From Deltaproteobacteria bacterium (lineage in GTDB: Bacteria > Desulfobacterota_D > UBA1144 > Nemesobacterales > Nemesobacteraceae), in the NCBI GenBank assembly GCA_029262295.1, contig JAJCZR010000068.1, positions 9,749 through 73,748 of the forward strand: a DNA stretch of 64,000 nucleotides, read 5' to 3'. The notes under the pieces are model-generated. The model did not search any database and was not told the origin of the DNA. It saw nothing but the letters and a program-made list of their open reading frames with translations. Below are positions 17,241 through 27,098 of the stretch, one piece after another. Both the position numbers and the translations under genes were made by a program. Position 1 is the stretch's first letter. Each line of letters begins with the position of its first letter.

Positions 17241-20200
17241 ATGCATATTGCTGATTTTTCTGTAAAAAATTCAGTCCTTGTAAACCTTCTAATGGGAGCA
17301 ATTCTTGTTATTGGGTTTGTTTTTGCGCTTGTGCTTCCACTTGAACTCTTCCCCTCAATTAATCTTGAAATTGTAACTGTTAAAACAGTGTTCCCGGGTG
17401 CATCTGCTGAAGATATAGAGCAGCTAATTACTATCCCGATTGAAGAAGAGATAAAGAACATCTCGGGAATAAAGGTTCTAAAATCAACTTCTTCCGAAGG
17501 CTTATCCTCGGTGACAGCTGAGCTGTATACAGGTGAGGATATAAAAAAGATATCCCAGGATATTGATTCAAATATTTCAAGAATAAAAGATAAACTTCCG
17601 GGTGATTCTGAAGAACCTATTGTTGAAGAAGTTGATGCCAATTTCCCTTTAATAAACGTGGCTATTTCAGGTGATGTTCCCCGAGCAGTTCTTCGAGATA
17701 ATGCCCTTCGCCTTGAAGATGAACTTCTACTTGTAAGCGGCGTTGACAATATTATTCCATCCGGGCTTGAAGAACCTGTATTTTGGGTCTATCTCGATTA
17801 TGCAAAGATGCGCCAGTTTGGTCTTAATGTGGATCAGGTCTCTTCTGCAATCAGTCAGAAAAACCTTGATCTTCCAGGCGGAGGTTTTAAACAGGGCGAT
17901 GTAGAATTGATAGTGAGAACTAAAGGAAAAGTAAAATCTATTGAAGATCTTTTAGATATTCCCGTAAATAGTGATCAGATGGGGAGGCAGGCTTTTTTAA
18001 GGGATATTGCCACGATAGAGCTTGGAGAAGAAAAGGCCTCTTCTTTATCAAGGGTAAACGGACTTTCTGCTATAACTTTCTGGGTAAACAAGCAAAAAAA
18101 TGTTGATGCAATTGATACAGTAAAGAAGATTGAAGAACTGACAAAAGAGTTTGAAAAAACGCTTCCGGATTCAATAGAGATTTATCTTACAAACGACGAA
18201 TCCTACTGGGTAAAAAAACGTTTTGAGACAATGCTAAAAAGCGGTGCTGCAGGGTTGATACTGGTGCTTATCTTCCTTGGACTTTTTCTAAATAAAAAGG
18301 CTGCACTTATTGCCGCTCTTGGTATACCGGTTTCCTTTTTGGGCGCTTTTATTCTTATGCAGTTAAATGGGGTCACAATAAATCTTCTCTCGATGTTCGG
18401 GCTTATTATGGTGCTTGGGATTGTTGTGGATGACTCAATTATAGTTGTAGAAAATGTGGAAAGATATATAGCTCAGGGTATGAAGCCGAGAGCTGCAGCT
18501 ATAAAAGGCACAAAGGAAGTTGCACTGCCTGTTTTGGCAACAGTGCTTACAAATATTGCGGCATTTATACCTCTTTTATTTGCAACTGGTCTTGTGGGTG
18601 AATTTTTATCTATAATTCCCACTGTAGCCATCTTTGCACTTCTTTTTTCTCTTGTAGAGGCTCTTCTAATAATGCCTGCTCATTGTGCTGAATGGCTTAG
18701 CCCGAGAAAGGCAATTAAGAAAAGGTATACCTGGTTTCATAAAATCAGATCTTATTACTTAAAGGGTTTGGTTTTTGTACTTGGAAACAGATATGTAGTT
18801 GTTCCTTGTTTCTTTATAATTTTTTTCATCACCATATATATTTTCTCGCAAATTCCAAATGTAATGTTTTATCAGCATGACACTTCTGAGCTTCGAATAA
18901 GGGTTGAAAATCCTGCACAATCTAATCTTGAGTATACGGCTTCATCTGTTAAGCAGGTTGAAGACATTATAAAAAAGAATGTGCCTGAGCATGTGCTTAA
19001 AAATATAGTATCTCTTGTGGGACTCGATCTTACAGGCCAGGCAACTGCTACAGGTGATCATCTTGCAACAATCATTGTCCAGTATGAAGATTTTGAAAAA
19101 AGAAAAGAAAATGCAATTGAGCTTAGTAATCTTGCCCGTGATGATACGCTTGCCAATGTAGCCGGTCCAAAGCAGGTGGATTACATAATTGAGGCAGGGC
19201 TTCCCACAGGTAAGCCGGTTGAAGTGAGAATTCAGGGGAAAAATCTTAATGTTCTAAAAGAAATATCTTATAAGACCCAGGAGTATTTAGAAAAGCAAAA
19301 AGGTGTTTCAGGAATAAGCGATGATCTTCTCTGGGGAAAACCGGAAGTGCGGGTGGAAGTTGATCCCAGAAAAGCTGCAATTTTTGGTCTCGATACAACA
19401 AAAATAGCGCAGGAAGTGAGGACACTTGTGGATGGGCTTACAGTTGCACAGACTCGTATTGGAAAAGAAGAAGCTGATATTAATCTTAAGTACCGCACTG
19501 GTGATGTAAATTTTGTTTCTCTTTTAGAATCTCATCAGATGCAAACTTCTTCAAATGGTCTGGTTTCCCTTGGTGCAGTTGCAAATATTGTGAATGCACC
19601 CAGCATTCTCGATATAAAAAGATATGATTCACAAAGAGCTGCGACTGTAAAAGCTGAAGTTGACCAGAAAATTACAACTTCTGTGGAAGTAAATAAAAAG
19701 TTAAAAGAGTATTTAAACGAATTGATAAAAAGCTATAGTGGATACAGTTTTAATTTTGGTGGTGAAGCAGAGGAATATAAGCAGACAATTGGAGATATTA
19801 TGAGAGCTGCCCTTGCTGCAATTATTCTTATATATTTAATTCTTGCCAGTATTTTAAGATCATATTTTCAGCCTTTTATCATTATGAGCATATTGCCTTT
19901 TACACTTATCGGTGTAATTACAGGAATATTAATTAGAGGCGAACCAATAACTCTTCCGGCAATTATTGGGACAGTGGCCCTTCTTGGAATTGTGGTGAAT
20001 GACAGCCTTGTTTTAATGGATTTTATAAATAAACGTGTAAAAACAATGAGAAGCAAAGTAATGGCAGTGGCTTTTTCAGCCAAACACCGCTTCAGACCAA
20101 TTATTCTTACCACTCTAACGACTTTTGGAGGCCTCTCTTCGCTTATGTTTGTTTACAGAGGTGAATCATCGTTTCTTGCTCCAATGGCCATCTCACTCGG

Positions 20201-20327
20201 CTTTGGGCTTCTATTTGCCACAGTGATTCTTTTATATTTAATCCCAGCCCTTTATTTGATATTGGATGATATAATTGGGTTTGTAAAAAGAAAGATTGGA
20301 AAATATAGAGTTCAATTTACGTCTTGA
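17241..20327 (+). CDS. RND family efflux transporter permease (AcrB/CzcA superfamily)
   Basis: 1028 aa, 12-TM architecture with two large periplasmic loops. Typical motifs (GIVVDDSIIVVENVERY; GIVVNDSLVLMDFIN). Confidence 0.85.
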   Translation: MHIADFSVKNSVLVNLLMGAILVIGFVFALVLPLELFPSINLEIVTVKTVFPGASAEDIEQLITIPIEEEIKNISGIKVLKSTSSEGLSSVTAELYTGEDIKKISQDIDSNISRIKDKLPGDSEEPIVEEVDANFPLINVAISGDVPRAVLRDNALRLEDELLLVSGVDNIIPSGLEEPVFWVYLDYAKMRQFGLNVDQVSSAISQKNLDLPGGGFKQGDVELIVRTKGKVKSIEDLLDIPVNSDQMGRQAFLRDIATIELGEEKASSLSRVNGLSAITFWVNKQKNVDAIDTVKKIEELTKEFEKTLPDSIEIYLTNDESYWVKKRFETMLKSGAAGLILVLIFLGLFLNKKAALIAALGIPVSFLGAFILMQLNGVTINLLSMFGLIMVLGIVVDDSIIVVENVERYIAQGMKPRAAAIKGTKEVALPVLATVLTNIAAFIPLLFATGLVGEFLSIIPTVAIFALLFSLVEALLIMPAHCAEWLSPRKAIKKRYTWFHKIRSYYLKGLVFVLGNRYVVVPCFFIIFFITIYIFSQIPNVMFYQHDTSELRIRVENPAQSNLEYTASSVKQVEDIIKKNVPEHVLKNIVSLVGLDLTGQATATGDHLATIIVQYEDFEKRKENAIELSNLARDDTLANVAGPKQVDYIIEAGLPTGKPVEVRIQGKNLNVLKEISYKTQEYLEKQKGVSGISDDLLWGKPEVRVEVDPRKAAIFGLDTTKIAQEVRTLVDGLTVAQTRIGKEEADINLKYRTGDVNFVSLLESHQMQTSSNGLVSLGAVANIVNAPSILDIKRYDSQRAATVKAEVDQKITTSVEVNKKLKEYLNELIKSYSGYSFNFGGEAEEYKQTIGDIMRAALAAIILIYLILASILRSYFQPFIIMSILPFTLIGVITGILIRGEPITLPAIIGTVALLGIVVNDSLVLMDFINKRVKTMRSKVMAVAFSAKHRFRPIILTTLTTFGGLSSLMFVYRGESSFLAPMAISLGFGLLFATVILLYLIPALYLILDDIIGFVKRKIGKYRVQFTS

Positions 20328-20348
20328 AATAAGCATAAAATAAAAAAT

Positions 20349-20834
20349 TTGATATTTGTTATTTTGTTATATTTTTTATTTTTTAATGAATGTGTAGCTA
20401 ATAACAGTTCTGATTTGGAGTCTATAGAAAATAACCCCAAAATTATTAATGATATTCCAAGTGACATGTATTGGTTTTCATTTTTTATGGGTTTACTAAA
20501 AGATGTAAAAGAGAATGAGAAGTTTGTATATGGAAAAGTTTTCGCTTACCATGGGTATGCTGATTTCAAGATTAACAAAAATGATATAGATAATTTGGAA
20601 TCTAAAACACAAGGTGCAATACGTACTATAAAACACAATATCTCCATTATTAAATACTCATCTGATTATAGTCAACAAAAAAAAAGTGCAATACAAAGAC
20701 TATATGAAATAACTGGAAGTAACTTTGATTCTTATGAAAAGTGGGACGATTGGTTCATTAATAATCAGAAAAATCTAGTCTGGTCAAATAAGCTTGATCA
20801 ATTGGTAATAAAAATAGTAATGAATAAATTGTAA
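20349..20834 (+). CDS. Hypothetical secreted protein in a very AT-rich segment
   Basis: 161 aa ORF with a hydrophobic N-terminus. No recognisable domain. Local composition is much more AT-rich than the flanking genes. Confidence 0.35.
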   Translation: MIFVILLYFLFFNECVANNSSDLESIENNPKIINDIPSDMYWFSFFMGLLKDVKENEKFVYGKVFAYHGYADFKINKNDIDNLESKTQGAIRTIKHNISIIKYSSDYSQQKKSAIQRLYEITGSNFDSYEKWDDWFINNQKNLVWSNKLDQLVIKIVMNKL

Positions 20835-20914
20835 ATTATATATTTTGTCTTTGTACCTTTAAAGCTTACTCAGATTCTCACACCTCTATCTGTTTGTTTC
20901 AACAACTATTTCAA

Positions 20915-20953
20915 TTGACAATAAACTTATCTGTATTACATTTGTATTACATA
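20915..20953 (+). promoter_or_regulatory. Candidate promoter (TTGACA-N16-TACATT) with tandem TGTATTACAT direct repeats (likely antitoxin operator) upstream of the RHH/PIN pair
   Basis: TTGACA at 20915-20920. TGTATTACAT at 20933-20942 and again at 20944-20953, just upstream of the GGGAG SD and the ATG at 20969. Confidence 0.4.
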
Positions 20954-20968
20954 TCTGGGAGTTTAAAA

Positions 20969-21229
20969 ATGAGTACTAAAACTGTGCGTTTAGATAATGA
21001 AACTGAAGAGGCTTTGAGAGAAATTAGAAAGCAAACAGGGCTTTCCATATCTGAAGTTCTCAAAGAGGGAATTCTTGTACTTAAAAAAGAAGTTGATGAT
21101 AAGAATAGGCAAAGCCCCTTTGATGTTTATAAAAGCCTCGATTTAGGTGAAGGTGGTTATTCCATAGCACCATCAACAGATACTCGAAAGGGAGTAAGGG
21201 CTGCAATTAAAAAGAAGTTAAATAAATGA
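20969..21229 (+). CDS. Ribbon-helix-helix (CopG/VapB-like) antitoxin
   Basis: About 87 aa from the ATG at 20969. MSTKTVRLDNETEEALREIRKQTGLSISEVLKEGI is a typical RHH N-terminus. Overlaps the downstream PIN gene by 4 nt (ATGA). Confidence 0.7.
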   Translation: MSTKTVRLDNETEEALREIRKQTGLSISEVLKEGILVLKKEVDDKNRQSPFDVYKSLDLGEGGYSIAPSTDTRKGVRAAIKKKLNK

Positions 21230-21639
21230 TCCTTGTAGATACGGGCCCACTCATTGCTCTTTTTGATCCAAAAGACAAAATGCATGAAAGTTGCAAAGAA
21301 ATACTCAAAACTATTGAAGAAAAAATTTGCACTACCATCCCTGTCCTCACTGAAGCTTTTCATATACTAACTCCGGAAAGCATAAGTTCAGACAGATTAA
21401 AAGATTTTATAGTAAAAGGCGGATTATCAATCCTCTTTATGGATGAGAAAGTAATAGAAAGATGCTTTGAATTAATGGAAAAGTATAAAGATCATCCAAT
21501 GGACCTTGCTGATGCTTCATTAATAGCTTCAGCCGAAAAGCTAGAAACCAGAAAAATATTTACAATAGATAGAAATGATTTTGAAACATATCGAATACAA
21601 AAGGGGCATAAATATCTTTCGCCAGAGATTCTAAGTTAA
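21226..21639 (+). CDS. vapC: PIN-domain toxin VapC
   Basis: 137 aa. MILVDTGPLIALF (Asp5), TEAF, DLADAS and TIDRNDF supply the PIN acidic residues. Confidence 0.8.
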   Translation: MILVDTGPLIALFDPKDKMHESCKEILKTIEEKICTTIPVLTEAFHILTPESISSDRLKDFIVKGGLSILFMDEKVIERCFELMEKYKDHPMDLADASLIASAEKLETRKIFTIDRNDFETYRIQKGHKYLSPEILS

Positions 21640-21695
21640 AACTTGCTCCAACTCTCGCAGCCTTTTCTTATTATCTCCACTCTTATGTTCTACCT
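21636..21695. repeat. Degenerate copy (about 85% identity, ~60 bp) of the 3' end of the cysteine desulfurase gene whose intact copy is at 22412-22471
   Basis: aaaacttgctccaactctcgcagccttttcttattatctccac versus aaaacttactcaaactctcgcagctttccctgattatttccac. Reverse translation of the remnant gives VEIIRKGCESWSKF*, compared with the genuine C-terminus VEIIRESCESLSKF*. Confidence 0.75.
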
Positions 21696-22364
21696 TTTAA
21701 AACTGAATTTTACAGCACCTCGTTCGGGATCATTTTCAGTATCGTATTCAAATTCAAGATTTACATTCAATATATCAGCCGGAATTCTTTTAAAGTATAT
21801 AAAACCTTTTACAGTTGAGCCGGGATAAACCACACCGGGGAAAAGTGCTTCAGAATAAACTTCACTCACATTTTCAGCCTGTCCGTACGCTTGAGGATAA
21901 TCGTAGGGATATGGATCATCATAATAGTAATGAAAACGACTTCTGAAAGGACTGTGGTATCGATGATGACTTCTGTAATAACCGCCATGATAATGGCCAA
22001 CGCCAATTCCAATTGAAATTCGTGGGAAAAATCTTGGGCGTGAACTCTCTTTCACAATCTCAGCAGCAATATTGGGGCTTAAAAGATTGTATTGATTATT
22101 TAATTCGTCGATCAGCACAATATCATTGGAATTGAAAGTAATCTCGTTTTTCGATTGATTCTCAATCTCTACATAAAAGGTTGTAAGGTATTTAGAAACC
22201 TTGTAATCACCAATCCCTGAAGATGGAGTGACTTTTATTTCCACACCTTCATCAGTCTTAAATTTCTGAAACGGTATAAACGGGGCTGCTGTTTTCTGCT
22301 TGTATGCACAACCTGAGATCGCAAATATTAAAATTAGGACTATTGGAAATACTTTTTTTGTCAT
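21690..22364 (-). CDS. Lipoprotein with DUF4352-like beta domain and His/Tyr-rich C-terminal region
   Basis: Lipobox MTKKVFPIVLILIFAISGC. C-terminal GVGHYHGGYYRSHHRYHSPFRSRFHYYYDDPYPYDYP. Confidence 0.6.
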   Translation of the reverse strand: MTKKVFPIVLILIFAISGCAYKQKTAAPFIPFQKFKTDEGVEIKVTPSSGIGDYKVSKYLTTFYVEIENQSKNEITFNSNDIVLIDELNNQYNLLSPNIAAEIVKESSRPRFFPRISIGIGVGHYHGGYYRSHHRYHSPFRSRFHYYYDDPYPYDYPQAYGQAENVSEVYSEALFPGVVYPGSTVKGFIYFKRIPADILNVNLEFEYDTENDPERGAVKFSFKR

Positions 22365-22413
22365 ACAAAATATTATAATGACAAAGTGCTTGAACTGTAC
22401 TTTTTTTGCAACT

Positions 22414-23580
22414 TTAAAACTTACTCAAACTCTCGCAGCTTTCCCTGATTATTTCCACCGCTCTGTTAACTTCTTCAAAAGTGTTTTCAGGGCTGAAGCT
22501 GAATCTGATGCTTGAATATGCTTCTTTTTCACTTAATCCCATTGCCATTAAGACGTATGAAGGAGTGCTGTCAAAATTAGTGCAGGCTGAGCTTTGAGAG
22601 CACCTGATTCCTCTTTTATCAAGGAGTTGAAGAAGTCTTCTCCCATCAAGATCATCAAATTTGATATTGGTTGTATTACATATTCTGTTTTTTGGACATC
22701 CGTTTACTTTTGTGCCTGGGATAAAATCAAGAAGCATTGCTTCAAATCGGTCGCGAATCTCTTTCATCTTCATTTTTAGCTTTCTAAGGTTTTCATGCCT
22801 GATCTCGGAGGCTTTTCCGATACCAACAATTCCGGGGAGGTTCTCTGTGCCGGGCCTAAAGCCTTCTTCCTGAAAACCACCAAATAAAATTGGGTTTACA
22901 AGAAACCTGTCTTTTGCATAAAGCACTCCACAACCTTGGGGAGCATTGTATTTATGTCCTGTGAAAGAAAGAAAATCGACTGATAGTTTATCAATATCAA
23001 TCTCCATTTTGCCTACAGCCTGAGCTGCATCAGTGTGGAAAATTACACCTTTTTCCATACAGAGTTTTGATATCGATTCTAAATCCTGAATAACTCCTGT
23101 TTCGTTATTTACCCACTGTACAGAAACTAAATCCACTTTTTTTTGATCCAATATCTTTTCAAGATCATCTATAATCACAAAACCGTTTTCATCTACACCA
23201 AGCATTTCCACTTCGACATTGTTTATCTTGAGATAGCTGCACATTTTTAATATAGAAGAATGTTCAACCATTGTTGTGACAACTTTTTTAGAGCCATTTC
23301 CATTTTTTGTGCAGGAATAAAAAGCCATATTGTTGGATTCAGTGCCCGAGCTAGTAAAAATAATGTGATCTGGACAACAGCCAATGAGGCTTCCTGTGCA
23401 CTCTCGAGACTTTTTAAGATGTTCTCTTGCCCTTTCTCCACCTGAGTGGGCACTTGATGGGTTTCCAAATTCTTTGCTTAATACTTTTATAACTGCTTCG
23501 CGCACTTCTTTCGAAGGCATGGTTGTGGCATTATTATCAAAATAGATTTCTGCAGAACTTTGTTTACACCCCATACTCAT
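22414..23580 (-). CDS. Cysteine desulfurase, NifS/IscS family (class V aminotransferase)
   Basis: 388 aa. PLP-lysine motif SFTGHKYNAPQGCGVLYAK. Active-site Cys loop SSACTNFDSTPSYVLMAMG. Confidence 0.85.
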   Translation of the reverse strand: MSMGCKQSSAEIYFDNNATTMPSKEVREAVIKVLSKEFGNPSSAHSGGERAREHLKKSRECTGSLIGCCPDHIIFTSSGTESNNMAFYSCTKNGNGSKKVVTTMVEHSSILKMCSYLKINNVEVEMLGVDENGFVIIDDLEKILDQKKVDLVSVQWVNNETGVIQDLESISKLCMEKGVIFHTDAAQAVGKMEIDIDKLSVDFLSFTGHKYNAPQGCGVLYAKDRFLVNPILFGGFQEEGFRPGTENLPGIVGIGKASEIRHENLRKLKMKMKEIRDRFEAMLLDFIPGTKVNGCPKNRICNTTNIKFDDLDGRRLLQLLDKRGIRCSQSSACTNFDSTPSYVLMAMGLSEKEAYSSIRFSFSPENTFEEVNRAVEIIRESCESLSKF

Positions 23581-23628
23581 GAGTATAATCGATAATTGCA
23601 GACAGTAGCAATTAGAAAAAATAGCGTT

Positions 23629-24012
23629 TTATTCATACAAATCAGCCGGAGTAAAAAGTGTGATGCATGGATTTTTATTTTCTTTGCTTACAGGGCCAAT
23701 AAAAGATGAAACCTCTGTGTTTTCACTCTTTCCATCTTTGGTAAATGATGCATTAAAATTTATAATGTTTGTTTTCTTGGTTTGCCTACTGAGTCTAATT
23801 GCCATTACGAGCTGAGATAGTATCTCTTTTGTCCTTCCATTTTCGTTCTCCCCCATTTTTACTGCTTCCTCATCAGGTTGGATAATCCCGTTCCATATAC
23901 TTGATGTTAAAAATACGGGCATAAGAAGCCCGGAATTTTTTGCCTGTTCTGAAATATCAATTTGATTTTCATTCTCCAGATCTTCACTTCTATTAATGTA
24001 AAAATTCTCCAT
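23629..24012 (-). CDS. Hypothetical protein
   Basis: 127 aa ORF. No recognisable motif. Confidence 0.35.
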   Translation of the reverse strand: MENFYINRSEDLENENQIDISEQAKNSGLLMPVFLTSSIWNGIIQPDEEAVKMGENENGRTKEILSQLVMAIRLSRQTKKTNIINFNASFTKDGKSENTEVSSFIGPVSKENKNPCITLFTPADLYE

Positions 24013-24138
24013 TGTCTAATCTCCAGAAATGTATTAGATTCCATTATGATCGAAAAGAATCTATTTGCAAAAATTTAGCTTATATATTGTAAGTGATATA
24101 ATTAGTTTTGGCAGGAACATTTTGGTGATGAGGTCTAT

Positions 24139-24693
24139 TTGAGAAAAATTTCTTTATTTTTGCTTATAACTTTTCTATTTTTACCCTACAACTCCTTTTC
24201 AATGAGTGACGAAGAGATCAACTACAGGTATAGCATTGCTTCAACCACAAGCGATCTTCTTGCAATCCGAAGAATATTTGGCGAAATCCTTCAATCAGGT
24301 GATCTTGATTACAGTTTCCAGGCCGCAAGAGATGTTATTTCCACACTTGATAAAATAGGAAAAGATCTTGATGATCTGGTTGTTCCCGGGAAAATGGAAG
24401 ATCCCTATAATGTGTTTTTGGAATCCGTAAAATCCTATAGAAAAAGTGCTACATGCATCAGAAATTCTGCTGAGATAATGCTTGGCTATTTTGATGGAAC
24501 AGAAGAAGATGCAGCTAGTCTTATGAAAAGAAGCACTGATTATGTGGAGCTTGCAAATAAATATTTTGATCTTAGCTTTGATCTTCACTCCGAGGTTTTT
24601 GATAAAGAAAAAAAAGAAGGTTTTCCAAAAGACTTTTTTAAAGAAAAAGATATTGAAAATCCAGAAAAAGATTCAGAAAAACTCTCTATTTAG
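24139..24693 (+). CDS. Hypothetical secreted protein
   Basis: 184 aa with signal peptide MRKISLFLLITFLFLPYNSFS. Acidic C-terminus. Confidence 0.4.
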   Translation: MRKISLFLLITFLFLPYNSFSMSDEEINYRYSIASTTSDLLAIRRIFGEILQSGDLDYSFQAARDVISTLDKIGKDLDDLVVPGKMEDPYNVFLESVKSYRKSATCIRNSAEIMLGYFDGTEEDAASLMKRSTDYVELANKYFDLSFDLHSEVFDKEKKEGFPKDFFKEKDIENPEKDSEKLSI

Positions 24694-24704
24694 CACCCAA
24701 ATTA

Positions 24705-25484
24705 ATGAGTAGAAAAGTAAAACAACTAGAGTTAATTCCAGTGTATGGAATTCCTGAGCTTAAGCCGAAAGATAACCTTGCACAAATAATAGTGTCTTCA
24801 ATAAAAAATGAAGATATTGAGATTAAAAATAAAGATATTTTAGTAATTGCTCAAAAAATTGTCTCAAAAGCCGAAAACAGAATTGTAGACTTAAAGAAGA
24901 TCAAACCTTCCAAATTTGCAAAAAAATTGTCTGAAGAAATATCAAAAGATCCCCGTCTTTTGGAAGTTATTCTTGGTGAGACAACAAAAATAATTAAAAT
25001 GGATGAAAGGGTAAGTGGCAAAGGAAGGTTGATTGTGGAAACTATTGGAGGACTTATATCTGCAAATGCTGGGGTGGACGCTTCAAATGTTTCAGGAGGG
25101 GATCATGTAACTCTTCTACCTCTTGATTCTGACAAGTCTGCCAAGGAGATAAGAAAAGGGCTGAAGTCAGCCACGAAAAAAAATGTGGCTGTAATAATCA
25201 GTGATACAGTGGGCAGGCCGTGGAGAAATGGTTTAGTGGATATAGCAATAGGCTGCGCCGGGATAAACCCACTCAGGGACCAAAGGGGTGAGCTTGATTC
25301 AAAGGGGCTTCAGCTTGTTGCCACAGAAATGGCCACTGCCGATCAGGTTGCCTGTGCAGCGGGGCTACTAATGGAAAAATCAGAAGGGATTCCGGTTGTA
25401 ATTGTAAGAGGCTGTAATTATTTATCTGGAAATAAGGGTTCTGGAAATCTTATAAGAGATCCTAAAGAAGATTTATTTAGATGA
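24705..25484 (+). CDS. CofE-like protein (F420-0:gamma-glutamyl ligase family fold)
   Basis: 259 aa. LISANAGVDASNVSGGDHVTLLPLDSDKSAKEIR ... VAVIISDTVGRPWRNGLVDIAIGCAGINPLRDQRGELDSKG ... ATADQVACAAGLLMEKSEGIPVVIVRG matches the conserved CofE core. Confidence 0.7.
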   Translation: MSRKVKQLELIPVYGIPELKPKDNLAQIIVSSIKNEDIEIKNKDILVIAQKIVSKAENRIVDLKKIKPSKFAKKLSEEISKDPRLLEVILGETTKIIKMDERVSGKGRLIVETIGGLISANAGVDASNVSGGDHVTLLPLDSDKSAKEIRKGLKSATKKNVAVIISDTVGRPWRNGLVDIAIGCAGINPLRDQRGELDSKGLQLVATEMATADQVACAAGLLMEKSEGIPVVIVRGCNYLSGNKGSGNLIRDPKEDLFR

Positions 25485-25491
25485 TAATTTT

Positions 25492-26349
25492 CTAGATATA
25501 AATAATAAGTCCAAATAAGATTATCCAACTCAACACACATACAAAAAGCCACTTGTCTTTTAAAAGAACTTCTGTGGGATCACCTTCAGACTTATTTCTT
25601 ATTATGTATAAATACCTTAGTGTTCCGAAGCAAACAAAAGGGGTTGTCGTAAAAAAAATCTTCCATCCTTTATTTAAAGAGTAGATTGAAAATGTAATTA
25701 TTGATCCTAAAGAGAGTAAGATAGATGCAACATCAAGAAACTTCTTGTTGTAATGTTCAAGTACTTCCCTGAAATGATGCCCTTGCCGTGCAACCCCGAG
25801 TTCCACTTTTCTTTTTCCGAATGCAAGAAGAAGGGAAAGAAACAGTGTAGTTATATAAAGCCAGTTTGATACATCTACGTTTAGGGCAAGCCCACCAGCA
25901 ATTATTCTTAATAAAAAACCTGTGGCAATACAAAGTGAGTCTACAATGAATATCTTCTTTAATACAAGTGAATAAAGAACCGTGATAGCTAGATAGACCA
26001 AAGTTGTAAGCAGAAAATAAAAATTAACTTTTAAAGATATAAAAATTGATAAGATCAAAAGAAATCCGGCAATGATGATAACTGTGTTTTTACTAATTCT
26101 TCTCGAAGCAACCGGCCTGTTTCTCTTTTTTGGGTGAAGCCTGTCATTTTTAGCATCAAGAAGATCATTTATGAGATAACCTACTGATGACATTAATGAA
26201 AACGAGATAAAGGCAAGAAATATAGTGAGAAAATTTTCAGAATTAAGGAAAACAATTCCGCCAAAAAAAGGTGGTGCTACTACAAGAAGATTCTTTATCC
26301 AGTGGTGAGGGCGAATTAAAATAATGATGTCTTTAAGTCGTGAAAACAT
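25492..26349 (-). CDS. UbiA-family transferase, decaprenyl-phosphate phosphoribosyltransferase (DPPR synthase, Rv3806c/NoeC)-like
   Basis: 285 aa polytopic membrane protein with the characteristic NDLLDAKNDRLHPKKRNRPVASRRIS motif (ND..D...DR.HP.K..RP.AS). Confidence 0.7.
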   Translation of the reverse strand: MFSRLKDIIILIRPHHWIKNLLVVAPPFFGGIVFLNSENFLTIFLAFISFSLMSSVGYLINDLLDAKNDRLHPKKRNRPVASRRISKNTVIIIAGFLLILSIFISLKVNFYFLLTTLVYLAITVLYSLVLKKIFIVDSLCIATGFLLRIIAGGLALNVDVSNWLYITTLFLSLLLAFGKRKVELGVARQGHHFREVLEHYNKKFLDVASILLSLGSIITFSIYSLNKGWKIFFTTTPFVCFGTLRYLYIIRNKSEGDPTEVLLKDKWLFVCVLSWIILFGLIIYI

Positions 26350-26390
26350 TTTTTACCATTCTACTATCTTGCTAATACATTTCAATCAGA

Positions 26391-27098
26391 GTGAGTATAT
26401 TTAGGCTTATGGATAATACTTTTGATGATGGATTCATATTGATTGCGCACAGAGGTGCGAGTTCTTACAAACCCGAAAATACAATGCTTTCCTTTCAGAA
26501 GGCAATTGAACTTGGAGCAAAAATAATTGAGTTTGATGTCAGAAAAAGCCTGGATGGCCATCTTGTAGTTATGCACGACAGTAAAGTTAATAGAACGACT
26601 AATGGGGATGGTAAGGTCAATAATATAAACCTGGCTGAACTAAATAACCTCGATGCGGGAAATGGTGAGAAAATACCAACTGTTGAAGATGTTCTTATTT
26701 TGTTTAAAGGCAAGGGTAAATTTGTTATAGAACTTAAAGAAGAGAATACGGAAAAGCAGATTCTGGACATGATATATAAATATGATCTTGCAAATGATGT
26801 GATTTTGGTTTCTTTTAAAAAAAGGGTTTTAAAAAGACTGCGGGCCCTTGATGGCAATATTACGACTGGCTTAATAACACTCACTGGTATTGGTTGTGTA
26901 AGGACTGCGGTTGAACTAGGATGTAGGGCAGTTGCAACACATGTTTATCTTGCAACAAAAAACAAGGTGCAAAATGCACATGAAAACGGGCTTCTTTTTT
27001 TCTGCTGGACTACAGATGACAAGAGAAAATGTTTGGAACTAAAAAGAAAAGGTGTAGATGGTGTAATTACCAATAAGCCTGACCTTTTGGAAAGATAA
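26391..27098 (+). CDS. Glycerophosphodiester phosphodiesterase (GDPD) family protein
   Basis: 235 aa. LIAHRGASSYKPENTMLSFQKAIELGAKIIEFDVRKSLDGHLVVMHD carries the GDPD catalytic His/Arg/Glu/Asp motif. Confidence 0.8.
   Translation: MSIFRLMDNTFDDGFILIAHRGASSYKPENTMLSFQKAIELGAKIIEFDVRKSLDGHLVVMHDSKVNRTTNGDGKVNNINLAELNNLDAGNGEKIPTVEDVLILFKGKGKFVIELKEENTEKQILDMIYKYDLANDVILVSFKKRVLKRLRALDGNITTGLITLTGIGCVRTAVELGCRAVATHVYLATKNKVQNAHENGLLFFCWTTDDKRKCLELKRKGVDGVITNKPDLLER

Noticed and set aside
16772-17749. Minus-strand ORFs 16772..17230 and 17231..17749 (Ser-rich)
   Set aside because: They are antisense to the RND adaptor and pump genes. Serine-rich antisense translation artefact.
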